Shown: positions 19,216 through 30,337 of the stretch, piece by piece
Layout of the letters: every line of letters begins with the position of its first letter
Numbering within the stretch: position 1 is the stretch's first letter
The notes under the pieces: model-generated
Told to the model about the DNA's origin: nothing
The model's database searches: none
Seen by the model: only the letters and a program-made list of their open reading frames with translations
Translations under genes and position numbers: made by a program
Source of the DNA: an uncultured candidatus Porisulfidus sp.
GTDB lineage: Bacteria > Pseudomonadota > Gammaproteobacteria > Poriferisulfidales > Poriferisulfidaceae
DNA: 64,000 nucleotides
Assembly: GCA_965116025.1 (NCBI GenBank)
Contig: OZ220480.1
Span: forward strand, 1,792,001-1,856,000
Direction: 5' to 3'

Positions 19216-20679
19216 TTGATCGTGAGAAAGAGTCCAGATCGCCGTGACTCGAAGGCTCGCATGGACGGCCAGAAAGCGCGGGCGATGGAGCTCCCCGCTC
19301 TCCAGAAATCACGTAACATCGCGACGATACGCGCCTTGCCGCGCTCCTCGGTTCCGGCGCTCCTGCTCACCACCATTCTCACGCTTCCCGCTTGGGGAGC
19401 ATTCCCATGGGAAAGCGCGGACGGCTCACTTCCCTCGCTCGCTCCCATGCTTGAGGAAGCGGTCCCAGCGGTGGTCAACATCTCCACGGCCCACGAGGAG
19501 GTCGTGCGCATGAGCCCGCTTTTCCGCGATCCTTTCTTCCAGCATTTTTTCGGGCAGCCCGGGCGGCGTAGCCACAAGCGAGTGCGCCGAGGTCTCGGCA
19601 CCGGCGTCATCCTGGACGCGGAGAAAGGCCACGTCGTCACCAATCACCACCTGATAGCGAAAGCGGACCAAATCACCGTGACTCTTGGTGATGGCCGCGA
19701 GATCAAGGCCGAAGTGATCGGATCCGACAGCGAGACCGACGTGGCGATGCTCCGCGTCCAAGCCGACAATCTGACGACCTTGCCAATCGCCGATTCCGAG
19801 CGAGTGAGCGTCGGCGATTTCGTAGTGGCCATCGGCAACCCCTTCGGCCTCGGCCAGACCGTGACTTCTGGCATCATTAGCGCCTTAGGACGTAGCGGCG
19901 TATTCGACAATTACGGCTACGAGGACTTCATCCAAACCGACGCGTCCATTAATCCCGGAAATTCCGGCGGCGCCTTGGTGAACCTGCGCGGAGAGTTGAT
20001 TGGCATCAACACCGCGATCCTAAGCCGCTCTGGTGGCAACATCGGTATCGGATTCGCGATTCCCATCCACATGGTGCGCCAAGTGGCCGACCAATTAATC
20101 GAATTCGGGCAAGTGCGGCGCGGACAGCTAGGCGTGCAAGCGCAGGCCATGACTCCAGAATTGGCCGAGGCGTTTGGTCTTGAGCGCAGCGAGGGCGTCG
20201 TCATCACCGAAGTGGTCCCGGGCTCCCCCGCCGAGCGGGCCGGAATCACTCCAGGAGACGTGCTGATTCGCATTGATGGAGAAGAGATATTCGACGTGAA
20301 GGACATGCGCAACGTGCTGGGCCTGCTGCGCGCCGGACGCGAGGTGGAGATCGAGCTGCTACGCGGCCGCGCGGTCGTGGCGGTCCGGGCGGCGACCGCC
20401 ACTCTGCGCATCGATGGCGCGAATCTGCACCCGGGCATGGCCGGACTCACCCTCTCGACCGGGCGCGACTCCGACGCCACGTTCGTGGAGATCATTCGGG
20501 TCGAGCCGGGCCACCCTGCCGCGCGGGCTGGAATCCGCGCTGGCGACCGGCTACGCTCGGTCAACCGCCGCCCCGTGAAAAACGTGGAAGATATCCGCGC
20601 CGTCATCAGCCGCGACTCTCCCCAAGTGCTGCTCCAAATCCAACGCGGCGCGCGCAGGCAATTTCTCTTGCTTCCCTGA
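19216..20679 (+). CDS. degQ: Do/DegQ family periplasmic serine protease with two PDZ domains (true start probably further downstream)
   Basis: PSLAPML, VTNHH, DVAML, IQTDASINPGNSGG. Confidence 0.9.
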   Translation: MIVRKSPDRRDSKARMDGQKARAMELPALQKSRNIATIRALPRSSVPALLLTTILTLPAWGAFPWESADGSLPSLAPMLEEAVPAVVNISTAHEEVVRMSPLFRDPFFQHFFGQPGRRSHKRVRRGLGTGVILDAEKGHVVTNHHLIAKADQITVTLGDGREIKAEVIGSDSETDVAMLRVQADNLTTLPIADSERVSVGDFVVAIGNPFGLGQTVTSGIISALGRSGVFDNYGYEDFIQTDASINPGNSGGALVNLRGELIGINTAILSRSGGNIGIGFAIPIHMVRQVADQLIEFGQVRRGQLGVQAQAMTPELAEAFGLERSEGVVITEVVPGSPAERAGITPGDVLIRIDGEEIFDVKDMRNVLGLLRAGREVEIELLRGRAVVAVRAATATLRIDGANLHPGMAGLTLSTGRDSDATFVEIIRVEPGHPAARAGIRAGDRLRSVNRRPVKNVEDIRAVISRDSPQVLLQIQRGARRQFLLLP

Positions 20680-20681
20680 CC

Positions 20682-22514
20682 ATGGCCTCTCCATATCAGG
20701 ACGAACTGGCGCGCGGCGCTCGTCAGACGCACCGGCGGTTGCGGTTGCTGGCGATCTTGGGCAGCTTGCTGCTGACGTTGCTGCTCGTCCGAATTGGCTG
20801 GATGCAAACCGTCCACACCAAGCACTTCACCGCGTTGTCGGCCGAGAACCACCTGCGCCAGATTCCAGTCGCGCCATCCCGTGGCTTGATCTTCGACCGC
20901 CACGGCGCCTTGCTCGCCGACAATACCGTCCAATACAGCCTGAGCCTGATTCTCTCCCAGGTCAAAGACCTGGACCATACGGTGTCGCGTCTGCGGCAGC
21001 TGGTCGACATCCAGGATCAAGAAGTCGCGGTCTTTCGGCAACGCGGACGGCGCCAGAGATTCGAGACCACCCACCTCAAGACCAATCTTTCGGACGAGAC
21101 GATCGCGCGAACCGCCGTGAAACTGCACCAACTGCCCAGCGTGTATCTAGAGGCTTATACAGCGCGCCGCTACGCCTTTGGCGAAACGACCGCCCACGTG
21201 ATCGGCCATCTCGCCAGCATCAACAAAAAAGATCGCGAGCGCATGGACCATTATCGTTACCGCGGCACCAGAAGAATCGGCCGAGCCGGCATCGAGCGTC
21301 AATACGAGTCTCTGCTGCTCGGGGCGCCAGGCCTGCAGCAGGCTGAGGTCAACGCGCAAGGACGCTCCCTGGTAATGCATGACCTCAAGGCGCCCACTCC
21401 TGGAAAAAACCTGATACTCACCTTGGACGCCGAGCTGCAAAAGACCGCGAGCCAGGAAATGGCCGGAATGGCTGGAGCTATCGTCGCCATCGAGCCCGCC
21501 ACGGGAGACGTTCTGGCCTTGGTCAGCGCACCGAGTTTCGATCCTGGCGTCTTCGGCCACAGCATTGACCCGAAAGCCTACAAAAACTTGATCCAGAACG
21601 TGAAGAACCCCTTGCTGAATCGGGCCATTCAGGGGCAGTACGCGCCCGGCTCTACGATCAAGCCGATTATCGCCCTGGCTGGACTGGAATCAGGCCACGC
21701 CACCCCTGGAAGAAAGTTTTTCGCCAGCCCCTCTTTTCGCATCCCGAGCTACCAGCGACCCTTTCGGGATTGGAAGAAGGAAGGCCATGGCTGGGTCACG
21801 GTCTCTTCCTCGATCATCCAGTCCTGCGACGTCTACTTTTACTCGCTGGCCTACCGCATGGGAATCGAGAACCTGGCGCCCTTCCTCGCGCGATTCGGTC
21901 TGGGGCAGGCCCAACGAATCGATCTGCCTGGAGAGCGCCCTGGCTTACTTCCAGACGATGCCTGGAAGCGAAAAACGCGCGGGCAGCCCTGGTATCCGGG
22001 AGAAACCGTGAACATGGGCATTGGCCAAGGCTATCTACTGGTCACTCCGCTGCAGCTCGCGACCGCGACCGCGGTCCTGGCGAATCGCGGAACGCGCGTG
22101 AAGCCCCGCTTGCTGCTCGCCTATGAGCAGGACGGGGAAACCATCCAGAATCCTCCAGAGGAAATTGGCCATGTGGCGCTGTCCCGACCGGACTGGTGGA
22201 ATCTGATCACGAAAGCCATGATCGACGTGGTCCATGCCCCCAACGGCACCGCCCGACGTTCCGGGAAAGACGCGGCTTACCTGATCGCGGGCAAGACCGG
22301 AACGGTGCAGGTGATCAGCTACGGCGAGGACCACCCCGACTCCGAAGATCTCCCAGAGCATATCCGCGATCATTCCCTATTTATCGCCTTCGCTCCGGCT
22401 GAATCTCCACTCATCGCTCTCGCCGTGGTCGTCGAGCACGGAGGGCACGGCTCGACGAAGGCGGCACCCATCGCGCGCCGAATTCTGGATTCTTATCTTA
22501 TGAGGAATTCCTGA
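20682..22514 (+). CDS. mrdA: Penicillin-binding protein 2
   Basis: PSRGLIFDR, PGSTIK, SCD, KTGT; precedes rodA. Confidence 0.95.
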   Translation: MASPYQDELARGARQTHRRLRLLAILGSLLLTLLLVRIGWMQTVHTKHFTALSAENHLRQIPVAPSRGLIFDRHGALLADNTVQYSLSLILSQVKDLDHTVSRLRQLVDIQDQEVAVFRQRGRRQRFETTHLKTNLSDETIARTAVKLHQLPSVYLEAYTARRYAFGETTAHVIGHLASINKKDRERMDHYRYRGTRRIGRAGIERQYESLLLGAPGLQQAEVNAQGRSLVMHDLKAPTPGKNLILTLDAELQKTASQEMAGMAGAIVAIEPATGDVLALVSAPSFDPGVFGHSIDPKAYKNLIQNVKNPLLNRAIQGQYAPGSTIKPIIALAGLESGHATPGRKFFASPSFRIPSYQRPFRDWKKEGHGWVTVSSSIIQSCDVYFYSLAYRMGIENLAPFLARFGLGQAQRIDLPGERPGLLPDDAWKRKTRGQPWYPGETVNMGIGQGYLLVTPLQLATATAVLANRGTRVKPRLLLAYEQDGETIQNPPEEIGHVALSRPDWWNLITKAMIDVVHAPNGTARRSGKDAAYLIAGKTGTVQVISYGEDHPDSEDLPEHIRDHSLFIAFAPAESPLIALAVVVEHGGHGSTKAAPIARRILDSYLMRNS

Positions 22515-23617
22515 TGCCACGAGGACCGCTTTCCGCCGTGGCCCGGCTGGTAGCCCCACTGGATATCTTGCTGACGCTAACGATTCTCGCGGTGCTGGCG
22601 ATCAGCTTGGCCATCCAGCTCAGCGCCAACGATATGAGCCTGCAGGCCACCCAACGGCATGGCGCGCGCGTCGGCATTGGCTTGCTCGCGCTTTTGGTCT
22701 TGGCGCACGTCTCTCCCCGCCATCTGAGACGGTGGGCCCCGACTTTGTTCGCGTTCAACCTTCTCTTGCTGGTTGCGGTCCTTTTCTACGGAAGCGGAGG
22801 AAGCGCCCAGCGCTGGCTGGCGATCGGCCCGGTCGTTCTACAGCCATCCGAATTTCTCAAGCTCACCGTCCCCATGATCGCGGCCTACGTCCTAGCGCCT
22901 TCCTTGCCCCCCCCGAATCCGATTCGCGTGCTTCTAACGCTGACGCTCGTGGGCGTGGCGACCGCGCTCGTCGCGATCCAGCCGGACCTCGGCACGGCGC
23001 TTCTGGTCTCCGCGGTCGGAATGTCGGTGATCCTTCTGGCCGGAGTCTCGAAGCGATGGATCCTCAGCCTGGGAGCGCTGGCCGGAATTAGCTTTCCCTT
23101 CGTCTGGCTATACGCCTTGCGCGAGTACCAAAAAGATCGCATCCGTATTTTTTTCAACCCGGAAGCGGACCCGCTCGGCAGCGGCTATAACGTGATCCAG
23201 TCCAAGATCGCGGTCGGCTCCGGCGGCCTCACCGGAAAAGGCTGGGCGGAAAGCACCCAAGCGCGGTTCGATTTCCTGCCAGAGCACTCGACCGACTTCA
23301 TCTTCTCCGTCTACGCCGAGGAGTTCGGCCTGGTCGGAGTGACCGCGCTGATTGGCCTGTATCTGGCAATCCTGTGGCGAGTGGTGGCCATGAATCGAGC
23401 CGACCCCGACCGCTTCAGCCAGCTACTGGTCGGAGGGCTTGGCCTATCTCTGCTCATCCACATTCTGATCAATATCGCAATGACCATCGGCTACGCTCCG
23501 GTGACCGGCTCGCCATTGCCCCTGATAAGCTATGGGGGAAGCTCCATGATCAGCACCTTGGCCGCTTTCGGTATGATGATGGCCGCCCGACATTACGCTC
23601 GCGTGGATCTCAAGTGA
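22514..23617 (+). CDS. rodA: Rod shape-determining SEDS glycosyltransferase
   Basis: QPSEFLK, QPDLGT, PEHSTDFIF, PLISYGGSS. Confidence 0.95.
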   Translation: MPRGPLSAVARLVAPLDILLTLTILAVLAISLAIQLSANDMSLQATQRHGARVGIGLLALLVLAHVSPRHLRRWAPTLFAFNLLLLVAVLFYGSGGSAQRWLAIGPVVLQPSEFLKLTVPMIAAYVLAPSLPPPNPIRVLLTLTLVGVATALVAIQPDLGTALLVSAVGMSVILLAGVSKRWILSLGALAGISFPFVWLYALREYQKDRIRIFFNPEADPLGSGYNVIQSKIAVGSGGLTGKGWAESTQARFDFLPEHSTDFIFSVYAEEFGLVGVTALIGLYLAILWRVVAMNRADPDRFSQLLVGGLGLSLLIHILINIAMTIGYAPVTGSPLPLISYGGSSMISTLAAFGMMMAARHYARVDLK

Positions 23618-24594
23618 TGATTCCCCTCAAATACTGGCTTCCACTTTGCCTTTTTCCCGCCTGCTCCCTAGCTGGCGAGGCGGTCGTTCCGTATGGAGAG
23701 CGACCTGAAGTTCGCGCTTGGATCGACCGCGTGGTCGAACAGCATGGGCTGCCGGCCAAGCGAGTCCACCGCTTGATTCTCGAAAGCCAGCATCAACCCA
23801 AAGTCATCGCCGCGGCTCGCCGTCCCGCGGAATCCAAGCCTTGGCACTGGTATCGGAACGTCTTCCTCACCGACGACCGCATTCGGAAAGGACGAAACTA
23901 TCTTCGTGAGCGTGCCGCCTTGCTCGCCGACGCGGAGCGCGCTTATCAGGTTCCCGGCGAAGTGATCGCCGCCATCATCGCGGCCGAATCCAACTTCGGG
24001 CGTCATACCGGCTCGCATCCGACGCTAGATACCTTGGTGACTCTGGGCTTCGATTACCCGCCTCGCCAGAAATTTTTCCTTGGGCAACTAGAGCATCTGT
24101 TCCTGCTGGAACGCGAGGCCGGGCTAGATATCAAGGAACTGCGGGGCTCTTGGGCCGGCGCGCTGGGACAGGCTCAGTTCATTCCCAGCAGCTATCGGAG
24201 CTTCGCCGTCGACGGGGACCAGGATGGTCGACGTAACTTGTGGGATAGCCAAGCGGATATCGTGTTCAGCATCGGAAATTATTTTCGGAAGCACCATTGG
24301 CGTCCAGGCGAGCCCGTCGCGGAGGTGATACGGCCCGAAGATCCAGACGCGCTCCCATTGAGCGAAGGCCTGTCGCCGAAAATCTCGACGGAGCGGCTGG
24401 CCGCGGCCGGAATAAAGCTTCGTCACCCAACATCTGAGCCGGTGGCCGTGCACCGCTTCGAGAATCCATCCTCATTCGAATACTGGGTGGGTTATCACAA
24501 TTTTTACGTGATCACGCGCTACAACCACAGCGCCTTGTACGCGCTGATGATTCACCAACTGAGCCGGGCCTTGCGGGATGACCCGAAGACTTGA
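23617..24594 (+). CDS. mltB: Lytic murein transglycosylase B
   Basis: Start MIPLK; IIAAESNFG, GSWAGALGQAQFIPSSY, NFYVITRYN. Confidence 0.93.
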   Translation: MIPLKYWLPLCLFPACSLAGEAVVPYGERPEVRAWIDRVVEQHGLPAKRVHRLILESQHQPKVIAAARRPAESKPWHWYRNVFLTDDRIRKGRNYLRERAALLADAERAYQVPGEVIAAIIAAESNFGRHTGSHPTLDTLVTLGFDYPPRQKFFLGQLEHLFLLEREAGLDIKELRGSWAGALGQAQFIPSSYRSFAVDGDQDGRRNLWDSQADIVFSIGNYFRKHHWRPGEPVAEVIRPEDPDALPLSEGLSPKISTERLAAAGIKLRHPTSEPVAVHRFENPSSFEYWVGYHNFYVITRYNHSALYALMIHQLSRALRDDPKT

Positions 24595-25345
24595 TCGCGC
24601 GATTGGGACTCTGGTCCTGGCCTCGATCCTTCTCGCCAGCGGCGGATGCGGCGTCTACGACTACGTCGCGGAGGCTTTTTCCGAATCCGAGCCGGCTCCC
24701 ACCCGTGGGCGTGGACCTTCCAGCTACGTCGTCTTGGGGGTTCGCTACCACGTCATGGATTCGTCGGAAGGTTATGTCGAACGCGGCCTCGCGTCCTGGT
24801 ATGGGCCGAACTTCCATGGAAAGAAAACGTCCAGCGGCGAGATCTTCGACATGCATCAGGTGAGCGCCGCGCACAAGACCTTGCCGCTGCATACCTGGGT
24901 CAGGGTGACGCATCTCGAGACGGGACGCTCCCTCACCCTCCGCGTGAATGATCGCGGCCCCTTCGTGGAGAAGCGAATCATAGACTTGTCATACCAAGCG
25001 GCGCTGGCTCTGGGAGTCACCGAAGAGGGCGTGGCTCCAGTCGAGGTCCGGGCCGTTCGCGCCCCCAACGAGGCGAGGCGAGCCAAGGAAAACTGGTTCC
25101 TGCAACTCGGCGCCTTCGCTAGTCGGGGCAACGCGGAAGCGTTCGTGCAAAAACTACGCCGTCTTGGGCTAACCCGAATCTCCGTTCGAACACGGCGGCG
25201 AGGCGCGACGCTGCACCGGGTTCTGCAGGGTCCGCTCAATACCGACATCGAGTTCGATCAAGCCCTCTCAAGACTCGACTCCCTTGGAATCACCGAGTAC
25301 ACCCCGGTGAGCGTTCCTCATTTGAAACCCATAAGGAAACGATGA
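24578..25345 (+). CDS. rlpA: Septal ring lytic transglycosylase RlpA (lipoprotein, SPOR domain)
   Basis: GLASWYG, AAHKTLP, NDRGPF, IIDLS; C-terminal LQLGAF. Confidence 0.93.
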   Translation: MTRRLDRAIGTLVLASILLASGGCGVYDYVAEAFSESEPAPTRGRGPSSYVVLGVRYHVMDSSEGYVERGLASWYGPNFHGKKTSSGEIFDMHQVSAAHKTLPLHTWVRVTHLETGRSLTLRVNDRGPFVEKRIIDLSYQAALALGVTEEGVAPVEVRAVRAPNEARRAKENWFLQLGAFASRGNAEAFVQKLRRLGLTRISVRTRRRGATLHRVLQGPLNTDIEFDQALSRLDSLGITEYTPVSVPHLKPIRKR

Positions 25346-26487
25346 AACGTATCGCTCTTCTCGCGTTGCTGGCGGCCGGCTCGGCTTGGGCCGAGTTACC
25401 GACTCCGCCACCTCCGCAATTAAGCGCGCCCAGCTACATCCTGATGGACGCGACGAGCGGCGAGGTTCTCGTGGAGGCGAACGCCGACGAGCCCGCGGAA
25501 CCCGCCAGCCTGACCAAGATCATGACCGTCTATCTAACCTTCCGCGCCTTGAAAGAAGGCTTGATCGGAGCGCGCGACCGGGTCACCATCAGCCACCGGG
25601 CGCGCCGAGCGGTCGGCTCCCGCATGTTCGTGGAGGCCAACAGCCAGGTCCCCGTCATCGACCTGCTGCGCGGCGTCATCGTGCAGTCCGGTAACGACGC
25701 GAGCGTCGCGCTCGCGGAGCACATAGCCGGAAACGAGAAGTCCTTCGTCACCATGATGAACGCGGAAGCCGAGCGCCTTGGCATGAGCGCGAGTCACTTC
25801 ACCGACGCATCTGGACTAGGCGGGTCCGACCACCACATGTCCGCCCGCGACATCGCCACCCTGTCCGCGGCCATGATCAACGAATTTCCCGACCTCTACG
25901 CGATGTTTCGGGAGCGGGAATACACCTGGAACGGGATCACACAACCAAACCGCAATCGTTTGCTGAGCTTGGATCCCTCGGTAGACGGCATCAAGACCGG
26001 ATTCACTCAGGCCGCGCGGTACTGCCTGGCCGCGAGCGCCATGCGCCCGGAATTCGAGAACATGCGCTTGGTCTCGGTCGTCCTCGGCGCCAAGGACAAC
26101 CGGGCCAGAGTACGCGACAGCCGGGCATTGCTGAACTGGGGATTCCGCTTCTTCCGCACCCGGGAAATTCATGCCGGCATGGACGCGTTGACCGAGATTC
26201 CGGTCTGGTTCGCGGAAATCGAGAAGATGCCCGTCGGGCTGGCCGAGAGCGTCGTGATGACGTTGCCGGTCGCGGCGTACCTGGAACTGGAGACCACCTA
26301 CCATCTGGAGCCAGAGCTGGAGGCGCCTATATCCCAAGGGCAAACGGTTGGGAGAATCACCGTACGGCACAAAAATCGCATTCTGGCGCAAGCGCCCGCC
26401 ATCGCGCTGGCGGACGCGGAGCAAGTCGGATTCTTCACCCGACTTTGGCATCGCTTACGACGGCTGGCGAACTCCATGCTACCCTGA
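25342..26487 (+). CDS. dacA: D-alanyl-D-alanine carboxypeptidase (PBP5/6)
   Basis: PASLTK, SGN, KTGFT. Confidence 0.92.
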   Translation: MKRIALLALLAAGSAWAELPTPPPPQLSAPSYILMDATSGEVLVEANADEPAEPASLTKIMTVYLTFRALKEGLIGARDRVTISHRARRAVGSRMFVEANSQVPVIDLLRGVIVQSGNDASVALAEHIAGNEKSFVTMMNAEAERLGMSASHFTDASGLGGSDHHMSARDIATLSAAMINEFPDLYAMFREREYTWNGITQPNRNRLLSLDPSVDGIKTGFTQAARYCLAASAMRPEFENMRLVSVVLGAKDNRARVRDSRALLNWGFRFFRTREIHAGMDALTEIPVWFAEIEKMPVGLAESVVMTLPVAAYLELETTYHLEPELEAPISQGQTVGRITVRHKNRILAQAPAIALADAEQVGFFTRLWHRLRRLANSMLP

Positions 26488-26581
26488 TCCTCCACTTGGA
26501 TTCTCCCGGGCACGGATCGCCCCACGTCCATTAGGGAGCGAGAAAGATCGGTTCCATAATAGAACGCGCCAGACCAAACGA

Positions 26582-27487
26582 ATGGGCGATATGAATCGAA
26601 GGGAAACGCTGGAACGAGATGGCAGGCCCGGCGATGCCCAGCATGCCGCCCCGTCGGTCCCCGCCTACCATAACGGCGAATATCGACCTCTCGAGGAAAT
26701 CAGGATCCCGATCATGGATCACGGTTTTCTATTCGCCGATGGCGTGTACGAGCTGGTCCCGGTCTACCGCAAACGCCCGCGCTGTCTGGATGATCACCTG
26801 ATACGCCTCGAGAAAAGTTTGGACGCCATTCACATAACGGGAGCTCCGACAACGTCGGCATGGCGCGAAATCTGCGCCACTTTGATCGATCAGAGCCCAG
26901 AGGACTGCTTCGTGTATCTGCAGGTCACCCGTGGCGTTATTCCTGATGGCGCCCCGTTTCAAAAACTATTCCAAGATGGCCCGCCCACCGTGTTCGCCAT
27001 GGCGCGTCCCCTGCCTCAAACGCCCGATTCGATCCGCGCCATCACCCGGGAGGACCAACGCTGGGGGCGTTGCCACATCAAGTCCACCATGTTACTGGAG
27101 ACCGTCCTGGCGACGCAGGCGGCCGCGGACCAACATGCGGGAGAGGCGATTCTGCATCGAGGCGAAGAGGTTATGGAAGGCGCGACCAGCAACGTTTTCG
27201 CGGTCATCGATGGCCTGCCGCGCACTCCGGCGTTAAGCCCTCGGATTCTGCCTGGCGTGACCCGGCAACTAACGTTGCTGCTAATGCGCGAGAATGGAAT
27301 GAATTTCCGTGAAGGACACCTGAGCGTAGCGGAACTGAGAAACGCCACGGAAATCTGGATCACCAGCTCCACCCGAGGCGTGATGCCCGTGCTCGAGCTC
27401 GACGGCGCGCCAGTTGGCGATCAGGCCATCGGCCCGGTCACGCGGCGCGTCCGCGATTGGTATCGCGCGTTCCTCCGCGCGTTATGA
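26582..27487 (+). CDS. dat: PLP class IV aminotransferase (D-amino acid aminotransferase-like)
   Basis: DHGFLFADGVYE, YLQVTRG, HIKS, EGATSNVF, ILPGVTR. Confidence 0.85.
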   Translation: MGDMNRRETLERDGRPGDAQHAAPSVPAYHNGEYRPLEEIRIPIMDHGFLFADGVYELVPVYRKRPRCLDDHLIRLEKSLDAIHITGAPTTSAWREICATLIDQSPEDCFVYLQVTRGVIPDGAPFQKLFQDGPPTVFAMARPLPQTPDSIRAITREDQRWGRCHIKSTMLLETVLATQAAADQHAGEAILHRGEEVMEGATSNVFAVIDGLPRTPALSPRILPGVTRQLTLLLMRENGMNFREGHLSVAELRNATEIWITSSTRGVMPVLELDGAPVGDQAIGPVTRRVRDWYRAFLRAL

Positions 27488-28116
27488 CTTCGGCGCCGCC
27501 GCTCGTCCGACGTTGGGAGTTGTACGAATATGAGCCCTGCGCCGAAGCCATGCGCCGGCTAACCGAGGAAAGAGACGAGGCCAGCGCGGACGAGATCTGG
27601 TTGCTGCAACACCCGAGCGTTCTGACCCTCGGAGCGGGAGCCGACCCTAGCCACATCCACTCCTCGCGATCTTTGCCTGTCGTGAGAAGCTCTCGCGGCG
27701 GTCAGGCGACCTGTCACGCTCCAGGCCAGCTGATCGTCTATACCTTGCTAGACTTGCGCCGACTGCGCCTCGGGGCGCGCGCCTTGGTCGAGCGGCTGGA
27801 AAACGCGCTCCTCGCGTTGCTGGCGGAAGCGAACGCTCCCGCCCATAGAAAAGATGGCATGCCTGGCGTTTACGCGGATGGGAAGAAAATCGCGTCCATC
27901 GGCCTGAGGATCAACCGCGGGCGAAGCTCCCACGGGCTCGCGCTGAACGTCCATCCAGACCTTCGCCTGTTCCGGCAAATCGACATCTGCGGCGACCCCG
28001 AACTGGAGGCCACGAGCCTGCGCGAATACGGGGTGGAATGGAGCGTCGCCGAGACGGCCCGGAGATTGCTTCCGCATCTGCTACGGTCCTTGTACTCGAA
28101 CGAGGTCCACGCATGA
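27484..28116 (+). CDS. lipB: Octanoyltransferase LipB
   Basis: [26 protein letters not shown]; ATGA overlap with dat. Confidence 0.93.
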   Translation: MTSAPPLVRRWELYEYEPCAEAMRRLTEERDEASADEIWLLQHPSVLTLGAGADPSHIHSSRSLPVVRSSRGGQATCHAPGQLIVYTLLDLRRLRLGARALVERLENALLALLAEANAPAHRKDGMPGVYADGKKIASIGLRINRGRSSHGLALNVHPDLRLFRQIDICGDPELEATSLREYGVEWSVAETARRLLPHLLRSLYSNEVHA

Positions 28117-29072
28117 GCCTCCCCCCCGGCGTCAAGCAAACCGCTCAGCAAAAGATCTCTCGCATACCGATCCAGCCGGCTACCAACGCCCCGGTCTTGC
28201 GCAAGCCACCTTGGTTGCGCGTTCAACTGCGACACGCCTCTCCAGTGCGACGGATGCGCGAAATTCTCCGCGCTCAGTCCCTGCGCACCGTCTGCGAGGA
28301 AGCGTCCTGCCCGAATCTTCCAGAATGTTATGGGCAGGGCACCGCCACGTTCATGATTCTCGGCGACCTATGCACACGACGCTGCCCGTTCTGCGACGTG
28401 GCCCACGGACGCCCGCTTCCCGTAGACTCTGACGAGCCGGAACGCCTAGCGCGAGCGGTCGCGTCGCTGAAGTTGCGCTATGTAGTGATCACCTCGGTGG
28501 ATCGGGACGACCTGCGTGACGGAGGCGCCCGGCACTTCGCGGAATGCGTCCGCGCCACGCGCGAGCGTAACCCGGGCATTCGCGTCGAGATTCTGGTGCC
28601 GGACTTTCGTGGCCGACTGGATCGAGCCTTGGAGGAGCTCAGCGACGAGGTCCCGGACGTTTTCAATCACAACGTAGAAACGGTCCCGCAACTGTATCGC
28701 GCCACGCGACCCGGCGCCGACTACCTGCACTCTCTGGAATTGCTGAGGCGGTTCGGCGGCGCGCACCCAGGCGTTCCGACCAAATCGGGCTTGATGCTAG
28801 GCCTGGGCGAGACCACTCAACAAATCCATGCCGTCATGCGCGATCTTCTGGATCATGGCTGCCAAATGCTAACGCTGGGGCAATACCTGCAACCGACTCG
28901 GCACCACCTCCCGGTCCGTCGCTACGTCCCGCCGGACGAATTCGAGGAGCTGGCGGTCCGAGCCAAGGAACTCGGATTCCTAGAGGTGGCGAGCGGCCCC
29001 TTGGTACGCTCTTCCTACCATGCGGACCAGCAGGCGGTGAACGCGCTTAGGCTTGGCTTCGAATCAGAATGA
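28113..29072 (+). CDS. lipA: Lipoyl synthase
   Basis: [27 protein letters not shown]. Confidence 0.97.
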   Translation: MSLPPGVKQTAQQKISRIPIQPATNAPVLRKPPWLRVQLRHASPVRRMREILRAQSLRTVCEEASCPNLPECYGQGTATFMILGDLCTRRCPFCDVAHGRPLPVDSDEPERLARAVASLKLRYVVITSVDRDDLRDGGARHFAECVRATRERNPGIRVEILVPDFRGRLDRALEELSDEVPDVFNHNVETVPQLYRATRPGADYLHSLELLRRFGGAHPGVPTKSGLMLGLGETTQQIHAVMRDLLDHGCQMLTLGQYLQPTRHHLPVRRYVPPDEFEELAVRAKELGFLEVASGPLVRSSYHADQQAVNALRLGFESE

Positions 29073-29216
29073 TTCGCGCGCGTCTACAGGTGGAAAATAG
29101 CGCCGGACGAGCGTGACCGTATCCACTCCCGGCTCGCGCGCGGCGCCAATTCTTCATTACAGAAGCCGCACGCGACGTTCTCTATCGCTTCGAGACGAGT
29201 CTCTCCAACTCAGGGA

Positions 29217-30335
29217 TCACCGGCACGCGGGGGGATCCTCATCCAGCCTGTCTTTCGCCAGAAGCACCTGCCACAACTGGCTCTGGCGCGCCCGAAAGGA
29301 ACCGGCGCAACAACTGAGGTAGTAGCGCCATATTCGGAAAAACCTCTCGTCGTACTTGCCGCGCAAAGACTCCCACGCGCTCTCGAAATTGGCCCTCCAC
29401 GCCATGAGGGTGCGGTCGTAGTCTCGACCGAAGCCGTGCCAATCCTCCATCACGAACAACCCCTCGATGGACTGCCCGACCTGTCGGATCGAAGGCGTCA
29501 TTCCATGCGGAAAGATATAGCGATTGATCCAGGGGTCCGTGCTCACCCCCGTAGTGTTTCGGCCAATGGTGTGGAGGAGAAAACGCCCGCAGGACGGTAA
29601 CAAATCGTACACCTTGCGCATGAAGGATCGATAATTTTTATAGCCGACATGCTCGAACATCCCGATGGAATACGCCGCGTCGAAGGTTTCGCTTGACGAC
29701 AAATCCCGATAATCTCGATGCAGTATGCGCACCGCATGTCCCGCGCAGTGCTCGCGCGCGAGCTTGGCCTGCTCTCTCGATAAGGTCACCCCAACCACCT
29801 CCACTCCGTAACGCTCAGCGAAAAACCGGCAAGCCCCACCCCATCCGCATCCAATATCCAAGACCTTGGCGTGTGGCTGGAGATCCAGCTTGCAAGCGAT
29901 CAACTCCAACTTGGCTTCTTGCGCCTCATCCAGAGTCTCGGCGTTCCGCCAATAGCCACAGGAATAGATCATCCTTTGATCCAGCATCGCGCGATACAAG
30001 TCATTTCCCACGTCGTAATGCTTCCGCGCGACCCGTTTGGAACGTCTCCGGCTCTGCATGTTCAGCATTCGGGAAAGCCCCATGATCTTGAACTGGTTCA
30101 GGCCGATGACCCGATGGTCGAGCCCGACTCTCAGTACTCGCGCGAAAAACTCGTCCAGCGCCGCGCAATCCCACCAGCCATCCATATAGGCTTCCCCCAG
30201 GCCGAGCGAGCCCCGCGAGAAGATTCGCCAATACAGCCGCGGGTTTCGCACCTGCATATCCCAAGGCTGGGAACCATTCTCCTCAATCCCGGCGAGAGCC
30301 AGAATTCTCAGTGCCCAATTCCTCGCGATGGACAT
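29217..30335 (-). CDS. cfa: Cyclopropane fatty acyl phospholipid synthase
   Basis: Start MSIARN; LGLGEAYMDGWW, HYDVGNDLY, YSCGYW, LDIGCGWG, SIGMFEHVG. Confidence 0.94.
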   Translation of the reverse strand: MSIARNWALRILALAGIEENGSQPWDMQVRNPRLYWRIFSRGSLGLGEAYMDGWWDCAALDEFFARVLRVGLDHRVIGLNQFKIMGLSRMLNMQSRRRSKRVARKHYDVGNDLYRAMLDQRMIYSCGYWRNAETLDEAQEAKLELIACKLDLQPHAKVLDIGCGWGGACRFFAERYGVEVVGVTLSREQAKLAREHCAGHAVRILHRDYRDLSSSETFDAAYSIGMFEHVGYKNYRSFMRKVYDLLPSCGRFLLHTIGRNTTGVSTDPWINRYIFPHGMTPSIRQVGQSIEGLFVMEDWHGFGRDYDRTLMAWRANFESAWESLRGKYDERFFRIWRYYLSCCAGSFRARQSQLWQVLLAKDRLDEDPPACR

Positions 30336-30337
30336 TT